Shown: in pieces, positions 23,801-36,365 of the stretch
How the letters are laid out: each line of letters begins with the position of its first letter
Position numbering within the stretch: position 1 is the first letter of the stretch
Assembly (NCBI RefSeq): GCF_006345805.1
Contig: NC_043024.1
Location: 7,750,001 to 7,814,000, forward strand
DNA from: Octopus sinensis
Lineage: Eukaryota
DNA: 64,000 bases
Reading direction: 5' to 3'
The notes under the pieces: generated by a model
Seen by the model: only the letters and a program-made list of their open reading frames with translations
Told to the model about the DNA's origin: nothing
The model's database searches: none
Position numbers and translations under genes: made by a program

Positions 23801-26800
23801 GGGTATAGACTGGTGGAATAAGAAACTATGATAGAAGAGCAAGGAGAAAAAAACTATGATGGAGAGAGAGGAGCTGATGTCTTGGTGAAGAGATGAATTC
23901 TTGGTTTGTCAACCGGGAAAGTGAGAGAGAGAGAAAGAAAGAGATGTGAGGTCCAGGTACAATGTCCAATATGAAGCTGAATATTATATCGCCATTGTTC
24001 TTTAATGTCCGTTTTTTTCCATGCTGGCATGGGTTGGAGAGTTTGACCAGAGCTAGTAAGCTGGAGAGCTGCACCAAGTTCTAGTCTGATTTGGCGTGGT
24101 TTCTATGGCTGGATGCCCTTCCTAATGCCAACCACTTTACAGTGTGTGCTGAGTGCTTATAATATGCCACCAGCACACAACTCTTGCAGGTTAATCCTCT
24201 CCACCAGGAGGGATGGCCTTAACACTTTTGCTGTGGAGGATGGGTTTTCTTGAGTACAGCAAGACACCAGGTAGCTCAGTCTTCTGTCATCTTTTAGTTC
24301 GTTATAATCATGACAACTAAGGCCAGGTTAGAGCACTGGCCAGAACTCCAGAACTGGTCAACAGTCTTTCTCATCCTTCTGGAATTATACTGCCTGACTG
24401 GCCCTCGTGCCGGTGGCATGTAAAAGCACCCACTGTACTCTCGGAGTTGTTGGCATTAGGAAGGGCATCCAGCTGTAGAAACTCTGCCAAATCAAGATTA
24501 AAGCCTGGTGCAGCCTTCTGGTTCGCCAGACCTCAGTCAAATCGTCCAACCCATGCTAGCATGGAAAGCAGACATTAAACGATGATGATGATGAATATTC
24601 TTAATTAGATTCAATTAACTATATCTATATATATAAAACTGTAGTTGTGTGAGTGTCTGTCCCCTTCGATTTAGATTCCTAACTACTCCCACATTTTGCG
24701 GTGCAGTTTAACCAAATTCGGGTATCTTATAGTCGTGATTCATATCGAGCCCGTCTGAGTATTAGCGCGCGTCTACGATGAGTCTACGATTTTAAAAATA
24801 ATTTAACATTTTTTATTCCATTTTAATGCATAATTTTTCGTGTGTCGATGATGGCGGAGTTGGCGTCCATGGTCACACCTGCACCTGTTTGCTTCTCCCC
24901 CTTCTTCCCTCCCTCGTGAAGCTGTGGGGAAGGGAGTGTAAGGAAATCAACGTCGTAAAGCGTTGTCAAGGAGACCAGCGTTCTTTTAGAACAACGACTT
25001 CATGGCTTGAAGTCGCCAAAACAGAAATGGCTAAGAAAGCCCGAATTGGCATCTATAAGGGAAGTAACTCTCTAAAAATGCTTATATAGTTATTTCCCTT
25101 ACAAACCCGAGCAACGCCGGGCGATACTGCTAGTTCAATATATTATATTCTTCCCCTACAAAAACACAATTTGTCCCCTTGCATCTAAAGTGGGTTTTGT
25201 ATGGTGGTTAATGTTTATTTTGTTTGTTTGTTTTCTTAGTATTTCTTTTTTAAATTTAATTTTTTTCTTTCTCTTTTTATTTTTACAGATTGACTTTTCA
25301 AACAAACTATTTCTTGCACCTCTCACTACAGTAAGTGCTGTCATCTGTTGGCGGTTTATTTTGGATTTTTTTCTTTTTTATATATCTCATAAATTTCTCT
25401 ATCAAGGCATAGGAGTGGCTGTGTGGTAAGTAGCTTGCTTACCAACCACATGGTTCCGCTTTCAGTCCCACTGTGTGGCACCTTGGCCAAGTGTCTTCTA
25501 CTATAGCCTCAGGTCGACCGAAGCCTTGTGGGTGGATTTGGTAGACGGAAACTGAAAGAAGCCCGTCGTATATATGTGTGTATATATATATATGTATGTG
25601 TGTTTGTCCCCACCACCATCGCTTGACAACCAATGCTGGTGTGTTTATGTCCCCATAACTTAGCGGTTTGGCAAAGGAGACCGATAGAATAAGTACTAGG
25701 CTTACAAGGAATAAGTCCTGGGGTCGATTTGGTCGACTAAAGGCAGTGCTCCAGCATGGCCACAGTCAAATGACTGAAACAAGTAAAAGAGTACCTATCT
25801 AGTTTCATGGACCCCAGTGGTCAACTGGTACTTATTTCATTGACCCACCAAAGGGATGAAAGCTAAATTCGACATCAGGAGAATTTGAACTCTGAATGTA
25901 AGGACAGAAGAAATTCTTATTTCTTTACTGCCCACAAGGGGCTAAACATAGAGGGGACAAACAAGGACAGACAAAAGGATTAAGTCGATTATATCGACCC
26001 CAGTACGTAACTGGTACTTATTTAATTGACCCAAAAAGGATGAAACGCAAAGTCAACCTTGGCAGAATTTGAACTTAGAATGTAGCAGCAGACGAAATAC
26101 CTCTTTCTTTAATACCCACAAGGGGCTAAACAAAGAGAGGACAAACGGATTAAGTCGATTACATCGACCCCAGTGCGTATCTGGTACTTATTTAATCGAC
26201 CCCGAAAGGATGAAAGGCAAAGTCAATCTCGGCAGAATTTGAACTCAAAACGTAGCGGCAGACAAAATACCTATTTCTTTACTCCCTGAAAGGATGAAAG
26301 GCTAAGTCGACCTCAGCGGAATTTGAACTCAGGACGTAGCAACAGATGAAATACCGCTAAGCATTTCGCTTGGGGTGCTAACATTTCTGCCAGCTTGCCG
26401 CCTTTAGACAGAAGAAATTTTGCTAAGCATTTCAACCAGCATTTCTGCCACCTTCCTACCTTAAAACACAAGTAAATATGGTGATTAATTTATTCCTTCT
26501 TTCACTTCTTATCCTAGGTTGGTAATTTACCGTTCCGTCGGTTATGCAAGAGTTACGGTGCAGACATCACTTGCAGTGAAATGGCCGTGGCCACAAGTCT
26601 ACTCCAAGGTAAAACGGAATGGGCTCTTCTCAAGCGACACGAATCTGAAGATATTTTTGGAATCCAGGTAAATATTGCAGGAATCTTTTGCTACAGTTTC
26701 TCAAATAACATTTCTGTAATAAGGTTTGGGCACAGGTGTGGCTGTGTGGTTTGGCAATCTTGCTTCATAGCCTTGTGGTTTCGGGTTCAATCAGCAAATG

Positions 26801-27934
26801 TCTTCTAGTATAGCCCCAGGTTATAGTAGAAGGCCTTTTGAATGGATTTAGTAGACAGAAACTGGGAGAAGCCCTTTGTGTGTTTATCATCATTTAACAT
26901 CCGTTTTCCATGCTGGCATGGGTTGGACTATACACACACACATATGTGTGTGTGTGTATGTAGCCATTCCTTTGTAGTATAGGGGTAAGTGTGCATGCCA
27001 GTCATGTGGGAGACAGGAGTTCGATTCCCTGCCAAGGAGGTTTCAATTTCCACCCCTCAGTTGAGGGGTCTTGTTTTGCAGATTACATGTAAAAAAGCAC
27101 CTAGGACATTGTAAAGTGCTTGGCATTGGGAAGGGCATCCAACCATAGAACCATGCTAAAGCAGACAGTAGGGCTTGGTGCAGTCTTGTGACTTGCCAGT
27201 TCTGTGGAAGTATCCAACCCGTGCCAGCATGGTAAATGGAAAATAAAGGGTGATGAAAATGATGATTATATATATATAGCACAGGGGATAGTGCACTGGA
27301 CTTCTAATCTAGAGGTTGTGGGTTTTTAGACGCAGGAGTGGCTGTGTGGTAAGTAGCTTGTTTACCAACCACATGGTTTCAGGTTCAGTCCCACTGTGTG
27401 GAACCTTGGGCAAGTGTCTTCTCCTATAGCCTCGGGCTGGCCTTGACTGGCTTCCGTGCCAGTGACACTTAAAAAGCACCAACCGATCGTAGCCATTGCC
27501 AGCCTCGCCTGGCACGTAAAGAGCACCCACTACACTCACGGAGTGGTTGGCGTTAGGAAGGGCATCCAACCCTAGAAATATTGCCAGATCAGACTGGAGC
27601 CTGGTGCAGCCTTCTGGCTTCCCAGATCCCCGGTCGAACCGTCCAACCCATGCTAGCATGGAGAACGGACGTTAAACGATGATGATGATGATGATGATGA
27701 TCTTACAAGCAAATCCAATGACTGAAACAATTAAAAGACTTTGTGTGCCTTACTGTCTTCTCTCTCTGCCAGTTGTGTGGTGCCCATGTCGATTCCATGA
27801 CTCGCTGTGCCCAACTCATTCAAGAGAACTGTAAATTTGACTTTGTGGACATCAACTGTGGTTGTCCTATTGAGCTGATATACCAGAAGGTAAGTGAAAC
27901 CATTCGTCAATCCAAGGATTTGGTTTTGCCTTTA

Positions 27935-27965
<31 letters not shown>

Positions 27966-28100
27966 ATGTCAGTCTGTCTAGTATCCATATCATCCGATCT
28001 AGCTTTGTCTCTCTTTTCTTCTCTCTTTCTCTCTCCATATCTGTGTATATCTCTGTGTATTTATCTGTGTCTGTACATCTGTCCAGCTCTCTCTCTCTCT

Positions 28101-28146
<46 letters not shown>

Positions 28147-28762
28147 ATATATATATATATACATACATAGGCGCAGGAGTGGCTGTGTGGTAAGTAGCTT
28201 GCTAACAGACTACATGGTTCCGGGTTCAGTCCCACTGCGTGGCATCTTGGGCAAGTGTCTTCTGCTATAGCCCCGGGCCAACCAATGCCTTGTGAGTGGA
28301 TTTGGTAGACGGAAACTGAAAGAAGCCTGTCGTGTATATGTGTTTGTCCCCCTAGCATTGCTTGACAACCGATGCTGGTGTGTTTACGTCCCCGTCACTT
28401 AGCGGTTCGGCAAAAGAGACCGATAGAATAAGTACTGGGCTTACAAAGAATAAGTCCCAGGGTCGATTTCCTCGACTATAGGCGGTGCTCCAGCATGGCC
28501 ACAGTCAAATGACTGAAACAAGTAAAAAAAAAAACATTTACACACAGTTGAAACACTCCTGTCACAACTTGGGACCTTGAAGACTGCTTTAATGCAAGAA
28601 AGTATACTAGTCCCTTAATATTTGATATTCAATCTTTCATCTATTCAATAGATCAATACTTTTTTTCATTTTACACTATATATACTATTTATACTATATA
28701 TTCTACATTAATATTATAAAGAATATAAAACATAAAAAACAGACAGAGACGGAATTCCTTTG

Positions 28763-28822
<60 letters not shown>

Positions 28823-31800
28823 GGGTATCTGAGAGACACCACCATGCTGAAATAGCAGTCAAATCTCTGACTCTAAAAACCACCTTAGTTCAGAAACTGT
28901 TCCCTTATTTGGCGAGACTTCGTGGTTTTTAGAGTGAGGGTTTGACTGCTATTTCGGCATGGTGGTATCTCTCAGATACCCTTATTTATAGTTGTAAAAA
29001 ATTATTACCTTTGTATGGTATTTATTCCCATGCTGGCTACTTGATAATATCGATATTATCCTTATTTATAAATTTATATATATATATATATATATATAAA
29101 GGAAATTCTGCTAAGCATTGTCTGATGTACTCAACTGCTCTCAAAATTTAAGTAGAAAAACAGGAAAAATTATCCAGAATCCTTGTCCGGTACCGAATCA
29201 ATCCCAAAATTTAATCACTTTGTGTCAGTCACAAGTCTAAATATCCCTGAAAGTTTCATCCAAATCCATCCAGCGGTTCTTGAGATATTTTGTCCATGGA
29301 CAAACAAGGAAACAAACACAACTGAAAAAAAAAATACCGCTGCCTTCACTAAGCTGGAGGTGACTAGTCACATCATCAATATCTCAAAGCTACAAGGTAA
29401 GCCATGATTAATTGAAAGCAATGTGAATAGATAAGCATTACATGAATGGCGGCGAGCTGGCAGAAACGTTAGCGCGCTGGGCAAAATGCATAGCCGTATT
29501 TCGTCTGCCGTTACGTTCTGAGTTCAAATTCCGCCGAGGTAGACTTTGCCTTTCATCCTTTCGGGGTCGATAAATTAAGTACCAGTTACGCACTGGGGTC
29601 GATGTAATCGACTTAGTACCTATGTCTGTCCTTGTTTGTCCCCTCTATGTTTAGCCCCTTGTGAGTAATAAAGAAATAGGTATTTCGTCTGTCGTTACGT
29701 TCTGAGTTCAAATTCCACCGAGGTCGACTTTGCCTTTCATCCTTTCGGGGTCGATTAAATAAGTACCAGTTACGCACTGGGGTCGATGAAATCGACTTAA
29801 TCCGTTTGTCTGTCCTTGTTTGTCCCCTCTATGTTTAGCCCCCTGTGGGTAGTAAAGAAATAGATAAGCATTACATTTGACAAAGTAATCTAAATGCTAA
29901 AGAGTTAATTCAGAGATTATCTGAACATGGAGCCTTTTGTAAACATGTCTTACTGTCTTCTTGTTTTTATTCCCCTCCAGGGAGAAGGTTGCGCCCTGAT
30001 GGGAAGACCAAGCCGTCTTGAACAGATTGTAAAAGGAATGAAGTCTGTTTTAGAAGTACCACTGACAGTAAAAATGAGGACAGGTATTCAAGATGGCAAG
30101 AATATTGCCCATACTCTCATCCCTAAGTTAACTAAAGTTGGGGTTGATCTCATCACTGTAAGTATCACTTTGCATTTTCTCACCATTCTACATATTATTC
30201 CATCCGCTTTGGTTGTTTCATCATCATCGTTTAACGTCCGCTTTCCATGCTAGCATGGGTTGGACGATTTGACTGAGGACTGGCGAACCAGATGGCTGCA
30301 CCAGGCTCCAATCTTGATCGGGCAGAGTTTCTACAGCTGGATGCTCTTCCTAACGCCAACCACTCAGAGAGTGCAGTGGGTGGTTTTACGTGCCACCAAG
30401 GCCAATCAGGTGGTATTTGCAATCCTGTCACACTACCCAACTCGTGCCAGCATCGAAAGGAGGCAAGCTGGCGGAAACAGCACACCAGGCGAAATGCTTA
30501 GCGGTATTTCTATATTTCTTATTTCTTTATTGCCCACAAGGGGCTAAACACAGAGGGGACAAACAAGGACAGACAAAGGGATTAAGTCGATTATATCAAC
30601 CCCAGTGCGTAACTGGTACTTATTTAATCGACTCCGAAAAGATGAAAGGCAAAGTTGACCTCAGTGGAATTTGAATTCAGAATGTAGCGGCAGACGAAAT
30701 ACCTCTAAGTGTTTCGTCCGACGTGCTAACGTTTCTTATTTCTTTACTGCCTACAAGGGGCTATACACAGAGGGGACAAATGGATTAAGTCAACTATAAC
30801 GACCCCAGTGCGTAACTGGTACTTATTTAATTGACCCCCGAAAGGATAAAAGGCAAAGTCAACCTCGGCGGAATTTGAACTCAGAATGTAGCGGCAGATG
30901 AAATACTGCTAAGCATTTTGCCCGGCGTGCTAACGTTTCTACCAGCTCACCACCTTATTTTTATATTTCTCTCATCATCTCACTCACTCTCCCCCTAACT
31001 GTCTCTCTTTATCTACCTACCTGTCTCTCTCACACTTCTCTCTTCTCTCAGATACATGGCAGGTCAAGAGAACAACGTTATACTAAACTAGCTGACTGGG
31101 ACTACATTAACCAGTGTTCACAAATTTCAGAAACTGTTCCCTTATTTGGTGAGCCTTTATTTTTTATTTATTTTTTTTTTTCTTTTCTTGCTGTTCCCTT
31201 TTTTTTTTTGTGATTCAGAAGTTTGCTTCCCAACCCCTCCGTTTCCATTTCGGTCCCATTGTGTGGTACCTTCTGCAACTGTCTCTTTTATAGCCCTTAA
31301 GTTGATTAAAGACTTTTTGAGTGGATTTGGTAGACAGAAGCTAAAAGAAAATTATTGTGGGTTGTGTGTGTGTATATGTGTATATACACATAGACACACC
31401 CTGGGTCTGGCAACATCAATAGTGCAGGAGTCATGAAAAACGTACCTGGTCCACACTGTAAAGTGTGACTTTGGGAAGGGCATCAAGCCATAGAAACCAT
31501 GTCAAAGCAGACATTGAAGCATGACGTAATTCTTGGAGACATTTGATCCTGTCAAACTGTCCAACCCATACCAGCATGGAACATCTACATTAAATGATGA
31601 TGATGATGTATCTTAAAGACTGACAGTACTGCCAAGACTATTCTTTGCTGTGTGATCTAATGATACCATAATATAATCTAGCGTTGTCTCTGTATTTACC
31701 AACCATCATACTTATTCTACACAAGTTGTCTCCCTTAGCTTTATCTTCAACTCAGACCTGATTATAAATTAAGTAGAACTTCTCTCAATATTAAATATGT

Positions 31801-34800
31801 GTGCTCTAACTTTAATCATCATCATCGTTTAACGTCTGTTTTCCATGCTAGCATGGGTTGGATGGTTCGACCGGGGTCTGGGAAGCCAGGAGGCTGCGCC
31901 AGGCTCCAGTCTGATCAGTCACAGCATAAAACTTGCCCCTGATTTTTTTTATATTCCATGGGACCAGAAACATAAATTTGGGTCTTTCACCTTTTAGTCA
32001 TTAGACTGCAGCCATGCAGAATTTTAATTGAATGAATGGACCCCAGGACCTTTTTTTTTTTAAAGCCCAGAACTTATTCTATCAATTTTTTTTCCCCTAA
32101 ATCTATAAGTTACAGGAACGTAAACACATTAACACTGGTTGACAATCAAGACAAAGACACATACACACACACACATAATATATTGATATATAGAAAATAG
32201 ATTCCATCAACTGCCAAGGGGTAAGCTAGAGGGAATAGACAACTTCCATTATCTAGGTGACCGAGTTAGTAGAGGAGGTGGATGCTCTGAGGGTATAGCT
32301 GTGAGAATAAGAATAGGCTGAGCAAAGTTCAGAGAGGTCCTACCTCTCCTAGCAACAAAGGGCCTCTCCCTCAGAGTGAAATGCAGATTGTATGATGCTT
32401 GTGTGTTAACAGTTATGCTGCACGGCAGTGAAACATGGGCTGTGACAGCTGAGATGTGTAGGCTTGAAAGAAATGAAACCAGTATGTTTTGCTGAATGTG
32501 CAATGTTAGTGTGCATGTATGACAGAGTGTAAGCATCTTGAGAGAAAAATTAGGATTAAGAGGCATCAGATGTGATTTGCAAGAGAGATGACTGTACTGA
32601 TATGGTCATGTGACCATCATCATCATCATCGTTTAGCGTCCGCTTTCCATGCTAGCATGGGTTGGACGGTTCAACTGGGGTTTGGGAAGCCAGAAGGCTG
32701 CACCAGGCCCAGTCTGATCTGGCAATGTTTCTACAGCTGGATGCTCTTCCTAATGCCAACCACTCCGTGAGTGTAGTGGGTGCTTTTTACATGCCACTGG
32801 CACAGGTGCCAGACGAGGCTGGCAAACGGCCACGATTGGATGGTGCTTTTTACATGCCACCGGTACGAGGCCAGTCGGGGTGGTGCTGGCAATGGCCACG
32901 TTCGGATGGTTCTCTTATGTACCACTGGCACTGGTATCACAGCTGCAATTTCCATTGATGTTGATCGATTTCGATTTTTGTGATGCGTATGGATGAGGAC
33001 AGCTGTGTAAAGAAGTGCTGATCTTTAACAGTAGAGGGAACCTGCTGTAGAGCTAGATCCAGGAAGACATGGAACGAGGTAGTGAAGCATGATCTTTGAA
33101 CTTTGAGCCTCACAGAGGCAATGACTAGTGACCGAGACCTTTGGCGATATGCTGTGCCTGAGAAGACCTGTCAAGCCAAGTGAAATCATAGTCATGACAC
33201 CCATGCCAGTGGCACGTAAAAAGCGCCTTTCAAGCGTTAGGCCTCATGGGGGCAATGACAAATGGCCAAGACCTTTGGCAATATGCTCTGTAATTGAGAA
33301 GGTCTCAGAAAATGATAAAGCAGCCATATTAAACTCATGTCCGTTAGATTTCAAAATGACTTTTTTATATTTGCTTCTGTTTTTTTTAATCAGGTAATGG
33401 GGATGTTCTTTCATTCGAAGATGCCAATTCCTTTTTAAGTAACACATACGCTAAAGGGATTATGATTGCAAGGTAAGATACCATTCTTATTGTTTGTTTT
33501 CAGCTTTCTTGAAGAATACAGTTCTGTATTTAAGAGATGAGGAATCATTTACATTATTTACATTTGACGGATATTTGTCCTCATCTTGTTTGTTGTTAAC
33601 ACAACGTTTTGGCTGATATACCCTCCAGCCTTCATCAGATGCCTGGGGGAAATTTCGAACCTGGGTTCTCATTCCTAAGGTATTTTTCGTTATTATTATT
33701 ATTATTGTTGTTGTTGATTCCGAGTTCGATTCCAAGCAATGACCTGAACAATAACAATAATAACAATAATAATAATAGTAACATTGAAAAATACCTTAGG
33801 AATGAGACCCAGGTTTGAAATTTCCCCAAGACACCTAAAAAGTTCATACCGATTCATAGTAGCTTACATTTTGATTTATTTTAGAACATGGTTGAGTCCA
33901 TAAAATAGGATTTGATTACACCTCCATTTAGAGCACAGTTTAAGCTATCTTTTCGTGGAAGAAGGTTTATGTTCCTATAACCTATGTTAATTCTGTAACC
34001 CTTTAAAATGGAAGATAAGAAAGTTCATTTTCCACACTTGATGCTTTGGGAACCAGACAAAAATTGCTGCAGCTCGGTTGGAATGTGTTACCCCTACCCT
34101 CCATATTCACCAGCTATTGCTCCTTCGGATTTCCACTTATTCAGGTCTCTGCAGAATAATCTTAATGGTAAAAATTTCAATTCCTTGGATGACGTAAAAA
34201 GATACCTTGATGAATTCTTTGCCATGAAACCACCTCAGTCCTGGGAAGATGGAGACGCAAAATGATTCATATTTGGTTGATTAAAAATGTAATGGCAACT
34301 ATTTATTGACCTTTTTCTTTCCTTTAAAAATCGGCACAAACTTTCCGGACAACCCAATATATATATACACATATATATAAGTAGCAGGGTTGAATTGTTG
34401 AACTAAAACCTTTCAAGGTGTTGCTCCAGCATGGCTGAAGTGCAGTTATTGAAACAAGTAAAGGCTAAAAAGATAAAGATTTCTTGTGGAATAATTCGAG
34501 AGACGAAAATGTTAATTTTTTTTATTTTTTTACTATTTATTCAGATATATTATCACTTGTATTGTTTTGTTTTTGTCTTCAGGGGAGCACTTATCAAACC
34601 CTGGATCTTCACAGAGATTAAAGAAGAACGCCACTGGGACATATCTTCCAGTGAACGCTTAGACCTGCTCCGTCAGTTTGTTAGGAATGGTTTTGAACAC
34701 TGGGGAAGCGACCATCAAGGTGTTGAGACCACCAGAAGATTCCTTTTAGAAATGTTGTCTTTCTCTCATCGGTTAGTCATCGTTTCTCTCTTATTATCAC

Positions 34801-35906
34801 ATCCATCACACTGTAGCTTCTGTATATAGCCACTACACGTTCTTTATTTTCTCTCCTTATTTCTTTCTCTGTTCCTTTCTGTGGAAGAGTGCTAGGCTCG
34901 AAACGTTAAAGACTTTTTCACTTCCTGAGCGTTATACTAATACATCTGTTTGTTGTCTACACCACCTGTTTTCGTCTTTTGTGAATTCTTCCTATATATA
35001 AAACTAGCACTATGACCCGGCAACGCTGGGTCATAGTGCTAGTGCATGCATATACAGCTGCGTGCGTGCGAGTACTGTCCAAATCTCTGACCAATCACAT
35101 ACAGCTAGCTGGCATTCAATTGGCGTATCAGGTTTCGGGCATTTTGATTGGGTTTTGGATAGAAAATTCACAAAAAAGTCACTTCTATTGATTTTTTAAT
35201 GGCTTTGCGGGTTGACTGGGGAAATGTAAAGATGTGCACGACCACCCTTGGACGGTTTTGAATGACCATAGAAAGTGTGAGCCCTCTAACTGAAAAATTG
35301 TGGATTTGTATAAAGGACACACACAGAGACATTTATTACATACATAATATGTATATAATTCAAAAACACCCAGCAGATTCAGTCAATGAAATTTTAAAAT
35401 TTATTCCTTCTGTGCAGCCATCTAACCCATGCAAGCATGGAAAAGTAGATGTTAAAATGATGATAATAAGTGTTTCTTCTTCAGCAAAATAGTCAATGCA
35501 TATGTTAATTAATTATTTATTTTATATTGTAATTATTTCACAGATATATACCAGTCGGTGTTCTTGAGCGAGTTCCTCAGAAAATCAATGAGCGTCCACC
35601 ATATTACGTGGGGCGAGATGACCTTGAAACCCTCATGTCCAGTTCAAATTGTAGAGACTGGATAAAAATTAGGTAAAGACTTTTCAATTGCTTGTGTGTA
35701 TATGTATGATTGTATGCATATATATATATATATATATTTTTTTTTTCCCCTCTGTCTTCCCTTCTCTGGATCTTTCCTTTTCCTATGTTTCTGACGAAGA
35801 GCTCCGCTTGAATCATAAAACCCTCCTTCTTCCCTTCCTTCCTGAGCGTCCAATAATACTATACTTGTTCCACATCCTTGCGTTGTGTTTTCATATTTGG
35901 ATTAAC

Positions 35907-35948
<42 letters not shown>

Positions 35949-36321
35949 GTAGGCGCAGAAGTAGCTGTGTGGTAAGTAGCTTGCTTACCAACCACATGGT
36001 TCTGGGATCATTCCCACTGAGTGGCACCTTGGCCAAGTATCTTCTACTGCAGTCTCGGGCCGACCAAAGCCTTGTGAGTGGATTTGGTAGACGGAAACTG
36101 AAAGAAGCCCGTCGAATATATGTGTATGTATATATATGTATGTGTGTGTCTGTGTTTGTCACCCCAACATCAATTTAGAAATACTAAATCAAATTTTACA
36201 CAATATAATATATATAAATATAAAAAATTAGAAAAAAAACACCTTTTATCTATTATATGTAATTTTCTAGATGGTGTAATTTAATTGTTCATTTTGAATT
36301 GATAAAAGGTGATTTTTTTTC

Positions 36322-36365
<44 letters not shown>

